NCBI RefSeq assembly: GCF_018350175.1
Contig: NC_058368.1
Coordinates: 30,258,001-30,322,000 of the forward strand
Length of the DNA stretch: 64,000 bases
Reading direction: 5' to 3'
Source of the DNA: Felis catus
Lineage: Eukaryota
Part shown: positions 12,517 through 25,723 of the stretch, one piece after another
Layout: the number at the start of each line of letters is the position of its first letter
Position numbering within the stretch: the stretch's first letter is position 1
Notes under the pieces: generated by a model
The model's input: the letters and a program-made list of their open reading frames with translations, nothing else
Told to the model about the DNA's origin: nothing
The model's database searches: none
Made by a program: the position numbers and the translations under genes

Positions 12517-15161
12517 GAGCGACCTCTTTTCATAGGGTGAGCACATGGCCCTACATATGAGCCTAGATACATACTTGTACATACACAGGTTCACGTATAT
12601 ACGTGTGTGTATATTTTGGACAGGGAGTTTATATAGGGGTTGCTGAAAATTCTTGCATATGGTAAGCAGCCCTTGCCTCACCATAGCCAGAGGAAGGGTC
12701 TTCTTTGATAGATCTCTGCTCCTATTATTTACAGGCATTTTTGATGATGAAAATGAATAGACCACCCATGTCACAGTCTGTTCATTTCTCATAAATGTGC
12801 ATGGTCTTTGATCACATCTCTAGGCTATAATCTATAATTAACCTATGTTCAGAGACTGCCTGTGAACACCACCAAGGTTGTTTGTTTTCTTTTTTCCGGG
12901 TAAACTCTGTTCTGTGAGCAGGAACCACAGCACAGCACCAACCTGTCTATGGCCAAACCTAAGAGCACACATCAAAAATGGCTACTACACTAATTGTTTT
13001 AAAAGGATTCGTAATTTATAGGTAGAACAACTACATATAATCTTGCCTTTCAGAATGTACTGCTGACAAAAATTATTTAAAGTCATTTGTCTGGTGAGTT
13101 ACTGAACATTTCATAACAAATCATCTGTTCAAGGAAATAATTCACTGCGAGACATATTGATGACAGGTTTGGATTTTAGGAAATGGTAATTTGTAGTATC
13201 AGCTCCTTTGTCTTGATGACCTTCACTAGACTATACCGGTATCTTACGTATTCTTCCCTCTTCTTTGCCTTCCAACATCCCAGAGAATAATTCATATCGT
13301 TGCTCACCTTTGCTAATGATTTCCCCAAAGGTTTTCCTTCATCAATATCAGGGAAAACTAACCCATTGTCATCATCTTTTAAAAAGTAATTAGCCATGAA
13401 TAATTGTTCCGTCCTGACATCTCCCTAACTGAATTGATTTTCTTTTTCTTTTATTTGAAGGTAGATCTATTCATTGTGGCCATGTTAGAACGCTATCACC
13501 CTTTTATTTTCCCATTTCTTAACTCTCTGCTTTTCTGTGAATGCTCTGGAATACACTGGCCCTGTAGACTTCAATGCCATGTGAACATTTCCCTAGTTTT
13601 ATTATACATTCTATTCCAAAGTAGAAGAATGGATTTTTCTATCCAGCTTTATTAGATTCGATTTTGGAATATTTTACTTAATGGGTTATTTTCATGGCTG
13701 TCCCTATGCAACATTTATATGGGAAATGTTGTGCTTCTTGATTAAAAATATCCCCATGGGGATATTTCCCCCCAGAATTTTTCTTAAAATTACCTTTAGG
13801 TGGCGTAGAAGTAAAAAAAAAAAAGTTACCCTTTCCCCTGGGCACGTGCTGGTCACCCCATGACAATCTCAAGACACTCCAGTACAGTAATTGGAGGATG
13901 GCCATGACAACGGATAAAGGAAAAATAAGTAGACCATGCCTGTATAGTTCCTGTTTCTAATGCTCAGATGGGATTTTGTCTATGTGCTCTACTAAGGAGC
14001 TACCCTGGAAAATTATTCTGAAGCTTTGGCTGCGACAGGCGCCAAGAGGTTAGTTATGCCTTTGCTTGCTAGTCTCCATTAGTCACTGATTTGCTTCTGG
14101 GCACAATTCGAGGGATTAATTTTTATCTACAAATCCCCGTGAGGTTGAGTCCTGGTTATCTTGGCAATAGTATTTCTGCTTACTCTAAAGGCAACTAAGA
14201 TTCACAAGGGAGACTCCTTGATAGAATTATATATGATGAGAAGCCAGTGCTCCGTGCTTAAATAGGTAACCTTAATGTTGTGTGACTAGAATTTGGCAGT
14301 AAACAGGTATTTTATGTTCTGCCAAGGTTTTACTATCAGATATACTCTCCTGTTAGCTATTTAATGAGACAAGGTCTTTTTCCCCCTTTTGCTATATTGG
14401 AGCATTGCTTAGATTTATGTCTGATTCAAAAGCAGCTGTTCCCAGTTGCTTCCTGGTACTTAAAGTCTAAACTATGTCTGGTGTTAGCAATTTGAAAAGC
14501 CTTTGTAGCTTGGATACTGATCTTATATGATGCCGGTGGCTTGGTAAATACTCACGTAAGCAAACAGAAATGAAAATTGTACACAGTTCATTAGTAGAGG
14601 GTTGAAAGCTTGGAATACGCTCTGAATCTGAAACCGATTCAGCCATAAAACCACTCTCTTGGCAAAAGTAATCTCTCTCTGCTTCAATCGCCTGAGTTAG
14701 AATATAGGGATTATACAATTTTCTAAACCTTGGCTTCTGTGGAGGATGATAAAGATTACTCATTGGATGTGAGGTTGCAAACAGAAAGTACTCCAGAATG
14801 TGAAAGGAAATAATACTAATTAAAACCATACATACAGAAGATCTATGCGTTAGTGATCTAAAAATCTCCTCAATAATAAAAATGCAGCTGAATTTGACCT
14901 TTTAGTATTTCGGACATCTGGGTAAATGTGATGGTCTTTCCATTGTCCTGACAACTTTTAAGGTATTGGAACAAAATGTGACTGCCACAAACGGTTCTGG
15001 AGAAACACAGTTTGCTTGTATGCATTGTCCGGGACTTTGCAGGCCACTGGCTCTGAACTTGTGACCTTCTGAAAAAAATCTCAGGGAAGTAATGAAAGAA
15101 GAAAGGAGAAATAAAGATAAGGCTAACACATAGCTCTTGCATCTAAAATGTGATTATTTTT

Positions 15162-15390
15162 GGGGCGCCTGGATGGCGCAGTCAGTTAAGCGTCTGACTT
15201 CAGCCAGGTCATGATCTCGCGGTCCGTGAGTTCGAGCCCCGCGTCAGGCTCTGGGCTGATGGCTCAGAGCCTGGAGCCTGTTTCCGATTCTGTGTCTCCC
15301 TCTCTCTCTGCCCCTCCCCCGTTCATGCTCTGTCTCTCTCTGTCCCAAAAATAAATAAAAAATGTTGAAAAAAATTAAAAAATATTTTTT
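15162..15390 (+). mobile_element. Young felid SINE (SINEC_Fc1-like)
   Basis: ggggcgcctggatggcgcagtc… with 11 intact CpGs. Perfect TSD aaatgtgattattttt at 15146-15161 and 15391-15406. Confidence 0.97.
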
Positions 15391-15499
15391 AAATGTGATT
15401 ATTTTTCACCTAATGTGGTCCTCAGAGAAGGTCCCCACCACTGATCCAACTGTGCCTGCCTGAAACTTGGAGTGCCCCAAGATATCCATATCCTTATGA

Positions 15500-16050
15500 G
15501 TTTATTTGTTCATGTGCTAAGTATTTACTGAGAGGTTACTACGTGCTAGGGCAGGTATGGTGCTGGGTGCATAAGATGGACATGATTCCTGCTCTCATGA
15601 ATTCTTCATGAAGAGACAAACAAAGGATAGTAAATGAAGAACAAAGCAAATGACAAATTACTCTAAGACCCGGGAAAGGCAAACACAAGGTATTGGGGTA
15701 GATAATAGTATGGACCCCCTACCTCCACTGGATGGTCCAGGAAGTCTCCTCTGAGGAGGGGGCATTCAAGCTGAGGCTCAGTAAACAAGGGGGAGCGGAG
15801 CCCTCCATGTGGAAGTTGCTAGAAGAGTGTTCAGACAGAGGGAATAGCATGTGCAAAACCCTGAGTCTGGAACAGAAAAAGAGCCTGGGGTTGCAGTGTG
15901 GAGAATGAGGAGAAGCCCCAGGATTTGTTAAGGATTTTGGATTTCATCCCATCCACCCATCCGCACTGGGAAGACTGAAGAATTACAAGTCAAAGACAAA
16001 CAAGATCTGATTCAGCTTTCAAATCTTGCTGCTGTGTCGAGGATGGACCA
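15500..16050 (-). mobile_element. L2 LINE 3' fragment
   Basis: aagtatttactgagagg…ctctgaggagggggcattcaagctgagg…gagggaatagcatgtgcaaaaccctgag. Confidence 0.8.
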
Positions 16051-16059
16051 AGGGTCCCC

Positions 16060-16500
16060 TGTCCTAAAGAGCTCTTGAATGTGCTCATTCTGTTCTCTTC
16101 ACTACCACCACCTGGTCCCGGTGACCATCACCTCTCACTTCACTGACGCAATAACCTCTCGACTGTCTCTTTAAATCCATACTTCCTCCGTGTAACCCAT
16201 TCTGCACACTGCAGCTAGCAATCTTTGAATGATGCAAAACTTGGTTTTGTTCCACTCCTCCTCAGAAGCCAGCAGTGGCTGCCCACTGCCAGTGTGAGAA
16301 AGTCCACATCCTCTACCTCGTGGAGCCCACACTGGCTTGGCCCTTTTCTGCCTCCTCACCTTCAGCCGCCGGCTCTCCTACCTCTCTGGGCTCTAGTCAC
16401 AGGAGGTTTCCGCCCATTCCTGAACAGGGCTCTCCCTGCCTCAGTGCCTTTGCACCTTCTTTTTTCCCTGTCACCCTAAACATCTATCCCCCCTGCTTTC
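16060..16500 (+). mobile_element. L2 LINE fragment (opposite orientation to its neighbour)
   Basis: ccattctgcacactgcagctagcaatcttt…ccactcctcctcagaagccagcagtggctgccc…gcctcagtgcctttgcacc. Confidence 0.75.
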
Positions 16501-19500
16501 ACAACTCCCAGTTCTTCTAGCACAGTGGTCCTCAAGCTTTAACGTGCATCAGGATCAGTTTTACCCTTTCTAAGATGGGAAAATGATCCATATCTCTCTA
16601 GGACTATCATGAGGATTATGTAGGTCAATTCCTGGAAATTCGGAATTAAAAAAAATGTTTCTTAAAGTCCGTATCTCCTTCCTCTCTTGCCATCAGGAAG
16701 CCTAGAGTTGGGATTTTGCAGTCAGGGAGTGAGTTGCGTTCAACAATATGCTCTTGGAAGCTTCAGCTCAAAGCAAAGAAATGATTGCCTGCAAGGCCTG
16801 GAAGGCTGGCCGCGGGGACTCAGAAGTGACACCTCTCCCTATCACCACTTCTCTGGCCATGATGGAACAGGCATGATCAACCCACCTACCTCCTATGGGT
16901 GGAGGATTCAAAGAGGTGATAAATGTAGTCTCAAGGAGCCTCAAGCACTCAGGCGTGCTGATTATTATGTTATCGTCGTGACATTTTTTCTATTTCCGAT
17001 AGACTGCTCATTCCAAAAATTCATGACTGTAAACGGCAGACTTAATTTCAACTTAAAGGGTGGAGGAGGGCAGGGAGCACTTGGGGCTTCTCCAAAAGGA
17101 CATAGAAAATGCTGGGACATCAGGGTGACTGAGGCCAGGTGTAGGCATCTGGTCTGTCTGTAGTCTGTGGAGCCCAGAACTCTGGGCCGGAAGCCAGTGC
17201 CTGGACTCCAGCCAGCTGTGTCCGGCTTTCGGTGAGCTTCCTTATCTTGGATGGGGGTACGCGGTCAACAGCCATTGCCTCTCTCATCTCTGTGATAAGC
17301 ACATGTCTCATTTCTGTTTTGATAGCATTTCTGTTTCCTTCAAGGTCCGCCCAATGGTCACCAGTCACCGGTATCCACACCATCTGGGTGACCGATGCCC
17401 ATTGCAACCTGGTCTTCTTCCTTCCACTGAAGACTAATTATTATGGGTTGAAACTGTAGAGAGTGCAGTCTACATTTCACCCTCACTAGACTACAGGCAA
17501 CTTGAGAGCAGGAACTCTTTATGTTCCCATCGCTTAGGACAGACTAGACATTCAAAATAAGCTTGTTGAGGGTGCAGATGTATGAGAGCAGTTCTCTGCT
17601 GTGACAGGAAGGGCGGGGCTTCCTGAGGCACTAGCTCTCTCTGGCGAGAGCAGATATCCAGAAAATTAATAAAGACAGAGGATTTAGGGAAGGAAGAGGT
17701 CACTGGAGATAAAACATGAAACTACCTTACAACCTTGTTTAGAGTCAGAACGTTTAGGGCAACTTTATTCGCACACATTTCAAGGAGGCGCTCGCCGAAG
17801 GAGTGGGCTTCAACACACGTATTATACGGAGTCCTTAACAGTTACAACTACACGCTTCATTTTGCAGTGCATTTTTGTAGCTATAGACAGAAAACCTACT
17901 TAGAGGACCTTCTTGACAATTCCTCCTCCCGTAACACCCTTTACCTGTGCGACCTATACTGACTAACCATGTATTTCAGACAATGACAAGCAAGAGAACA
18001 CTAGCAAGAAGGAGCAAAAAAGTAACATACCTGCTGATGTAATTGAAGCACTAACTCTCGGGTTATCTCCCTAGCAGAGCAGAGCACTCTTGAATTGAAT
18101 TCTCAGGTCCATGAATTGAGAAGGAAGCTTGTCTTACAGAATACACAAACTGCCCTCTGATTGGAATGAGGCAGTTATTTGGCATGCTAATTTTTCATAT
18201 TCCTTTTGAAGAAGAGGCTCTTGTTCCAGCAGGCTGCCCACTGACAAGTTAGGAAATAGAACACAGATGCTGAAGGCACAGGATAAGGATATAGTAGAAA
18301 GTTCCTTCCTGCCAACCATGTTTTAAGTCAACTAGCCTTGGAGGCTGAGATGTCTCCAACCCATCAATGTCTGTGGTCCCAGGCAGCCCTTCTTTCTTTG
18401 GCCAGACCTGTTGGCACTTCAACATATGCATGCAACTCAGCACAGACTGTCTTCTGCATAAATTTGATATTTTGAAGATCAACTTTCATGTGCTCAGAAA
18501 ATGAGCTTGGAGGAATTCACACCTAACCTTGCCTAGTCGATCTAGCTTTCAAATTTTTCTCAACGATGAGTCCAAGTCCCTCCTCCAAAGAATAACCATA
18601 TATAAGAAAGGCTATAAATTTCTTTTTGAGGCTGTGACATTCTAGATCATTGGCAAAGGTCCATTAAATTAGCTTTCTCTGAAGCCCAAGAACCACCGCC
18701 CTCTTCAACTGATGAGATCTTTAGGTCAGGGTCTGTGTCATTTTCAAATAGGCCCTAAAACACTTAAACACATCGAGGCTTGACCACAGATCATTTGAAA
18801 CAAAGGAAATCATTGTTGTTGAGATATAGAACCTTAGAGGGGAACTATACACCATGTTTTGGAGCAGAAGTTTGACTCGGAGATATTTTAACGTCCAAGA
18901 AGGAAAAAAAACCCACTGAACTCATTTATTTACCTAATGAAGAAAGTGCACAAAGGCAGTATGTATTCCATTCCCTTGGACCTTTGTCCCATTGCTGTTC
19001 TTTCTTCTTATTTTTAACTCTAAGTTTTTATTACTAGGTAATGCTTTGAGACGTATATCTCAGATACCTCCGAGCATCACCCTATATACAATATCCTCTT
19101 AGGGTCTTTTTGGAAAATAAAAATGCTATATTTTTTTACGAACTGAAATTTACATTTGAAGTTTTGGAAGATAATGAAATTGAGCAACTGTACCCAATTT
19201 ACAATTGGCTGGAAGATTTTCTCTCTCTCTATATCCCTCCATCTTTTACATGCCTACATACATCCTCTGCAGACACACAAACATAAAGGGTCAAGGGCAC
19301 TGTCAAGCTCCATTATTTCCATGTCACCTTAAGTCATTTCTTAATAAGTTAATGAATAATGATAATAAATGATCTCCTAGTTGAAGCCATTTATAAATGG
19401 TACAAATGTTTGGAAACTGTGTTGATGAAAATCTATAGAGTCTAATCTGGAAGAGACAAAGGGCATGAGCAGTACAAAAGGGAGAAATGCCAGATGGCCT

Positions 19501-20659
19501 TGTTAACATGTTAAAAATGATAGAAAAATCTTGAGTGTGGAAGGAGGGTACATATATAAAACTCTCCTCAAATACCTGAAAAGGGTAGCTGTCAATTTCC
19601 TGCGGATCAGTTGTGAAGTTATTCTATCAATCTTTGGTCCTGTTCTTAATGAGTATCAATTATTGTTAATATTTTACTAAATCTCCTATGGGGAAAACAG
19701 GGATTTACAAGTAATAAAGACTTATTACAGATCATTTCTGATGGCTGTGCATGTGGAGTCTAGACAACAGCTGTGGAGAAGAGCACGTGATGGAGCGGGC
19801 CTTGGGATGAGAAAGATAGATGGTATTTAAGTGTGATAACAAACACACAAGAGAAGAGTTGACATTAAAGAATGGGGAGATATTTGGAATAGGATGAAGG
19901 TCAATGATAATATTGTATACATTCTTATATAAAAATAATGTACAAGCAGAGTGTTTTAATTTTGATATAATTCTCTGGGGTGTAGACTGGTGATGAACTG
20001 AGGCTTAGCAAATCGGGACTGTCCTTTACATACATTGTTGACAAAAAAGAATGTTATTATATTTTGCCTTTGCAATTTTGATGAGACTGTGCCAAAGTGG
20101 ATGCGCCATAATAGCTGTCTATATCTTCCTGGATAAAACAAGGGCGTAAGAATCAGCTGTGTCAAATGGTCAGAGGCGAAACTTCCTGCTGTGAACATTA
20201 TGGCCAAGCTTGCTTTGTATTACCATTTCTGGGCTCCTACACTTAATCTCTGGTTACCGGCGTCTCCCACATAGCGCAGGCAGGGTGAGAATCCACCTGT
20301 ATTATCGTAGTTGTTTATTGATTAATGTGTAAGTAGGACACCCAAAGGAGAAAATGGATATTCATGATTCTTCTTGAAATATAAGATTTTCTTCAGTGAT
20401 TCCTCTCTTCACTTTGTTATTGGTGATTTGAGTTTTTCTCTACATGGAATATTGAACATTTTGTAAAACCATCACCCGGGTCATAGAAATAGGTAGCCTC
20501 TGTGGCGAGGTAAGATACAGAACAAAAGATGATCGCATCAACTTTACTTTTCTTCCTGAGATTTTCCAGGAACCTGCCCTTGGCAGTTAGCCATCTTTCT
20601 GCACGCTTGGATTTGGCAGTCACTCAAACTGTTCAGGAATATTCTGGTTCTCCACTTTC

Positions 20660-20950
20660 TAGGTACAGGGTAGGATTGTACTCCCCATTCTCCTTTTGAA
20701 GGTAGAGTTTGCCTTGTGACTTGATTTTGCTAATGAAATGTGAACAGAAGTGATATGCAGAGCTTCCTTTTTTCTCCCATGGAAGCACATGGTCGTTGGG
20801 GAGGTGGGGCCTCTGCTTCTTTGGGTTCCTGACTGAATACACTGGGCCGATCCCCGACTATTACCTTGCATCACCATTAGTATGAGGGAGGAACAGACTT
20901 TGTTGTGTTAAGCCACTGAGATTTGTGAACCCCAGCCCATCCTGACTGGC
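20660..20950 (+). mobile_element. MaLR LTR (MLT1I/J-like)
   Basis: ccttgtgacttgattttgctaatgaaatgtgaacagaagtg…tgttaagccactgagatttg. Confidence 0.75.
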
Positions 20951-22118
20951 ATATTGGAAAAGAGCAAAGTCATTCAGTCTATAGCTGCATATGCGACCCT
21001 CTTTTCTTCCTTTAAACACCATGAGTTCCAAGTTAGCTTTGGTGTTATTTTATCTTCATAAGGGGCCCCAAAACAGAAAGATAAAAAATTGTAACATTTC
21101 TGAATTTTTATTTCTGGTATAAATTATTACCACCTCATTAAACATCGCGTAAAGCTGTTAAGTACTAATTATTTGTTAAAGTTTTAAAATGATAATTATG
21201 GCAATAACTATGACTAAATCACTAATAAGGATTGGGACCGCACTGCAAATGGTTCCATTGGCAAACTTTGCGAGCAGGTGACAAAGGATGATTAAAAAGA
21301 AATCTAGGGCTATTGTACCGCAAGTGTGATGTATCTTGTTTTGACAAGTGCGCGTTAGCTTTAATTGTACGTGATGATAATCTGTAAGGGGACTGGAGAT
21401 GTACTGGGATTCATTTTGGAAAGGTGTTCCAAAACACCTCGAGACTGCACACTGTTCTTAAGTCGGCTGAGAAATGAGGTGTGGCATTGCCAGGTTTCTA
21501 TGTGAAAATGATTATGTTTGTAGATCGAGAGAGAATGAACCTAAATTATTCTATTGTATATTCTGGTTGACTGACACACAGATTTGCCTAATCGAGGACG
21601 TGTACTGACAATAATTGAGTGTCTTCTATTTTTCAATTTTCAGAAAACTACTTGATAATTCAAGTTTTTTTTTTTTCCAGCAAGAATCACTCCTATGCCC
21701 TGTGTTCATTTATATTCTTCTGTTATGGTTTGGTTGTAATCCAGGGTTTTCTGACTGATTAGCTATGCACGACTTGTTTCAAACCAGTGCAAAACTCCAG
21801 CATCCTCCTGGTCTTTTGGTTTCTTTTTCATGTGCAGTGTCATGCGTTTTCCTAACTTCTCCCAGAAATGTGGTTGTTAGTGCATGAAAAACGTTAGTTG
21901 AACCTTAAAAAAAATGTAAATACCACCTCACGACAAGTCTATCATCGCATGCCAGCGAAATTATCTCTCTCTCTTATCTAGCCCAGGAAAAAAAATAAAA
22001 ATGCAAAATGAGAAACTGAAAACTGAATTATCCATTAACTGTTTGATATCAAAACCTTCCTAAAGTCTTGAGGCTTTGTTACTTAATCTTAGATTTTTTT
22101 TTCCTGCCTCAAACGCAA

Positions 22119-22120
<2 letters not shown>

Positions 22121-22157
<37 letters not shown>

Positions 22158-22179
22158 CACACACACACACACACACACA
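22121..22179. repeat. (GT)17-atg-(CA)11 compound inverted microsatellite
   Basis: Read directly from the sequence. Confidence 0.95.
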
Positions 22180-23559
22180 TATGGCTTAATTATTATTACA
22201 ATAACATAAAATTTGCATATAAATTACATACTAGAAAGAAGGATACCCCCAGAAAGCAATTGTATATGGTACAATTTTTACCTTTGCTTCTGTTCTGTTA
22301 CTTTAAATTCAGGTGATGCAATCTCTCTTTAAACTTCTTCCAGGATTACTTTGCATTACTCCTTATTTGTTTCTTGAAAAGCTTCTGCAGATGAAACGTT
22401 ATTTACTATAGTCCTTGCACTCACAAAACTTAATAGGAAAAACACTTATAAGTGACGCGGTAGTATCTGTCAGAAAAGCAGTAATTTGGTTTCGAAAACC
22501 TGTCTGATCCTTTTTCTTTTCCTTAGGCTCTGCCAACTGATACAAAATTGCATACCAGTGACTCAAATGGACAAAAAGCAAATGCCAGTAGGAACTCCTA
22601 ACTCAGAGGTTCTGTCTTCTATCTTCTATAAAGAGTGGGGAGTCACATACCATTTGTAGGTGCTGGAGCAGGACAGCATTTCAGCAATTCTGGAAGGTAG
22701 ATATGTGGTTTGAATGGCTCTCAGGTCGGATAGAGCCTTGTGGTGAAGAGAAGGCATGGGCTGTCCTTCCTCCCTTGAAAATCATTGCCTTGATGGAGGA
22801 AATGTTTCAACGGCACATGTTAGGGAAAGAATGAGATAACGCCTACATTCTCTTTGAACCGAAATATTTTAGGTACATATTGTGAAGTTATTAAGAGTTT
22901 CAAATAGCTTATTCTCCTGAGCTATCTTTGTTGTCAAGGGTATGGACTAAAATTCTGGTTCACAAATAAGATTGGCAGGTAGGGACCTTTGACTCTGTCA
23001 ATCTTAAATAAGCGGGCCCCCATCTTCCTGCTATCTGGAGCAGCATTCAAAGGAAGAGGGGACATAAAAGGCACCCCCAAGGATTCCGACAAGGCTTTGG
23101 TAGTTCTTGATGGTTTCTAGGTATTTTCTGTGCTCGACCTGTGTGACTTAAGAGTTGCTCACTTGGGTCCCTTTGGCTTTTGGGTTTACTACAGCAGCAA
23201 TTTAATTTGTACACGAGGCTTTTCCTGTTTTTTTTTTTTTTCTTAATTTTTGAATTATTTGTGACTTCTTTGTCTAATACCTGTTCTCCCCCCCCCCCCC
23301 GCCCTGCCACCCATGGCATTTATGGGCCTTAATATTAATGTTATATGGCTCAATATAGGATCTCAACTTTTTCAGCCTCAACGCCTCCTAGCTTCCTGAT
23401 ATGTACATTGCCTTGCAAAATGTTTTTTGAAAGTTTTGTTCGTCCCTTGACTCCAGGCCTTGTCCACACTCCTCCCCTTGTTGGGAACGTGCTTTTAATT
23501 TCCACTGAACCTGAGAGATTCAGTATATTCTGAGGAGCTTCCCGGTTCAGTGAATGGAA

Positions 23560-24450
23560 TCACTGAAAAAGCATAGGGGGTGTTCTTGATTCCTTCTTTT
23601 CCCTCCCTCTCCATCATCTATCCTTCAGCAACTCTTGTCAATTCTATTACCAAATACATTCCTTATTCTAAGGACTTTTCACCATCTCCCCAACAACTAT
23701 TGTCATCCAAGCCATCGCCTGTACTGCATGACCAAGGCAGACCCCTAACTGGTCTCCGTATGTCCACATATGACCCACACAAAACATTCTCTACTCAGCA
23801 GCCAACACGATCTTTTAAAAGTATAAAGCAGATTGGGGTGGGTGTCTGGGTCAGGCAGTCGGTTAAGTGTCAGACTGTTGATTTCGGCTCCGGTCATGAT
23901 TTCATGGTCTGTGAGATCGAGCCCTGCATCGGGTTCTGCACTGACAGCGCGTAGCCTGCTTGGGATTCTCTCTCCCTGTCTCTCTGCCCCTCCTCTGCTC
24001 ACACAGTCTCTTTCTCAAAATAAATTCATGAACATTAAAGAAAAGTATAAAGCAGATGGTATCACCGCCTGAGAAACCCCACAGTGGTTCCCAGTGGCTG
24101 TAGTTATCTGGTCTCTGGTACCTCCTGAACTTCACCATCTACTTCTCTTTCCTCATTTAGTATATTCCTGCGTCCCAGGCCTTCCTTCTGTTCCTTGAAC
24201 AACCGAAACACCTTCTCCTCTGGGACTTTGCGTTTGTTGTGCCCCCCCCTGCATGCATCCACTTAGCCACACACAGATCTTTGCTTCTTCACATTCAAGT
24301 CCAAGGTCAAATGCCACCTCCTCAAAGAGGGTGTCCTCAGCCACCGTACATGAAATAACCCGTCGCCCCCATGATTCTATATCCTATTAGTCTATTTTGT
24401 TTTCACTGACATTCTTACTACAATCATTTTCCTACGTTCCCCTTCCCCCC
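23560..24450 (+). mobile_element. L2 fragment interrupted by a SINE
   Basis: tccaagccatcgcc…; caggccttccttctgttccttgaac…; caaatgccacctcctcaaagagg. Confidence 0.75.
23834..24040 (+). mobile_element. Carnivore SINE (SINEC)
   Basis: Head, body and tail present. Perfect 17-bp TSD aaaagtataaagcagat at 23817-23833 and 24041-24057. Confidence 0.95.
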
Positions 24451-25723
24451 GTCCAAATGGATATTAGTTTTTCTCTTAACCACTCACTGGATAACAAGTG
24501 CCCAGATGAAGGCCAGCCTATAAATAATGTCTGCCTGAGGGAAGAAGCCAGAAATGCCACCTCCTTCATGAGTGCCCATTAGCTCCTCTTAGGACACCTT
24601 CCCTGCCTATGTTTACGTACTTGTTTCTCTGTTAGAGTTGAAGCTTTTCCGGGCCCTGTGCTCTGTTTAAACTGTTACCCTCCAGAGTGCTTTCTGTGGG
24701 GAGACTCTTAATATATATTTACTGAATTCAATTATACTCTTAAAGGAAACCCAGTAACAAATGTAAGGAGCGTGCTGGAATATCAGAGAGAAATAGAAGC
24801 AATCGGCAACGGCCTCAAACAGATACTACGCGTGGTCCGTTCACTTTCAGGTATCCACTCTCAGAGACACTTTATTTCCAGATTTCCCTATGCCAGAGCT
24901 CAGTCCACAGAACCTGCTCCGGGTTGATTGGCTCAAAAGTAGGCGAGGCACAACTGGCAAATAGAGAAGCAAAGGCAAAGGCTCGCGTCCTCAAAAGTTT
25001 AATCAGGGCCTACTGCGTGTCATGATTTCCTGTACAATCCGTAGACAAGGGCGTGGAGTGGAGGTGTTAGGAAGAAAGCTATCGGCCGTTAACCAGAAGG
25101 GAAAGGAACGAGCAGAGGAAAGGAATGACAAAAAGGAGACTGATGTTCAAAATTCAACTTTCAAGTCAGACCAAGGAGGATATAGGAAAACTTTCTACAT
25201 CTCAACAGTGGTATTGGTTACTGGGCTCCATAGCACGTAAAGAAAAGACACTCTCGAGCCCGTGTAATGTGGAAATTGCTTTTAGTCACTCTCCCCAGGA
25301 AAGCAAGACGTGTCAGCTTAGAAGCTGTTAGCCTGCCAATCCTATTGTCAGGCAACCAGGACATTTGAATTCGGATGTGCTGAAATTCCATTTGGGGGTT
25401 TTCTGCCACAAATCCCTAACATATACACAGACCTCTGGCTAGAAAATGAGGAAGCTTCACACATCAACTCTCTTTTCGAATGTATTTTCAACAGCTCTGC
25501 TCAAAGAATCCTGGCCACAAGTTACAAACTGAGGTACTCGCCAAGGCTGAGGACAGGTGAGAGGGAGGGCAGATGGTTATTTCAGGAAGAACGACAGGCA
25601 CTTGCTTTCACAGCAGAGTCATTCTTTCGTTTGTATTCATTCAACAAGTCTTAGTGGCAAGGCAGTGCATTGCCAGGCCATAGAACTTAGGCTCGGCGTC
25701 TGAAGGTTTGCTTTCAATCCTAT

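Noticed and set aside
16687..17163. 158-aa ORF
   Set aside because: Runs through a MIR-like fragment and has no recognisable protein features.
22528..22600. Acceptor-like ttttccttag followed by a short open frame (similar cases at 50311 and 55271)
   Set aside because: No convincing paired donor and no recognisable peptide.
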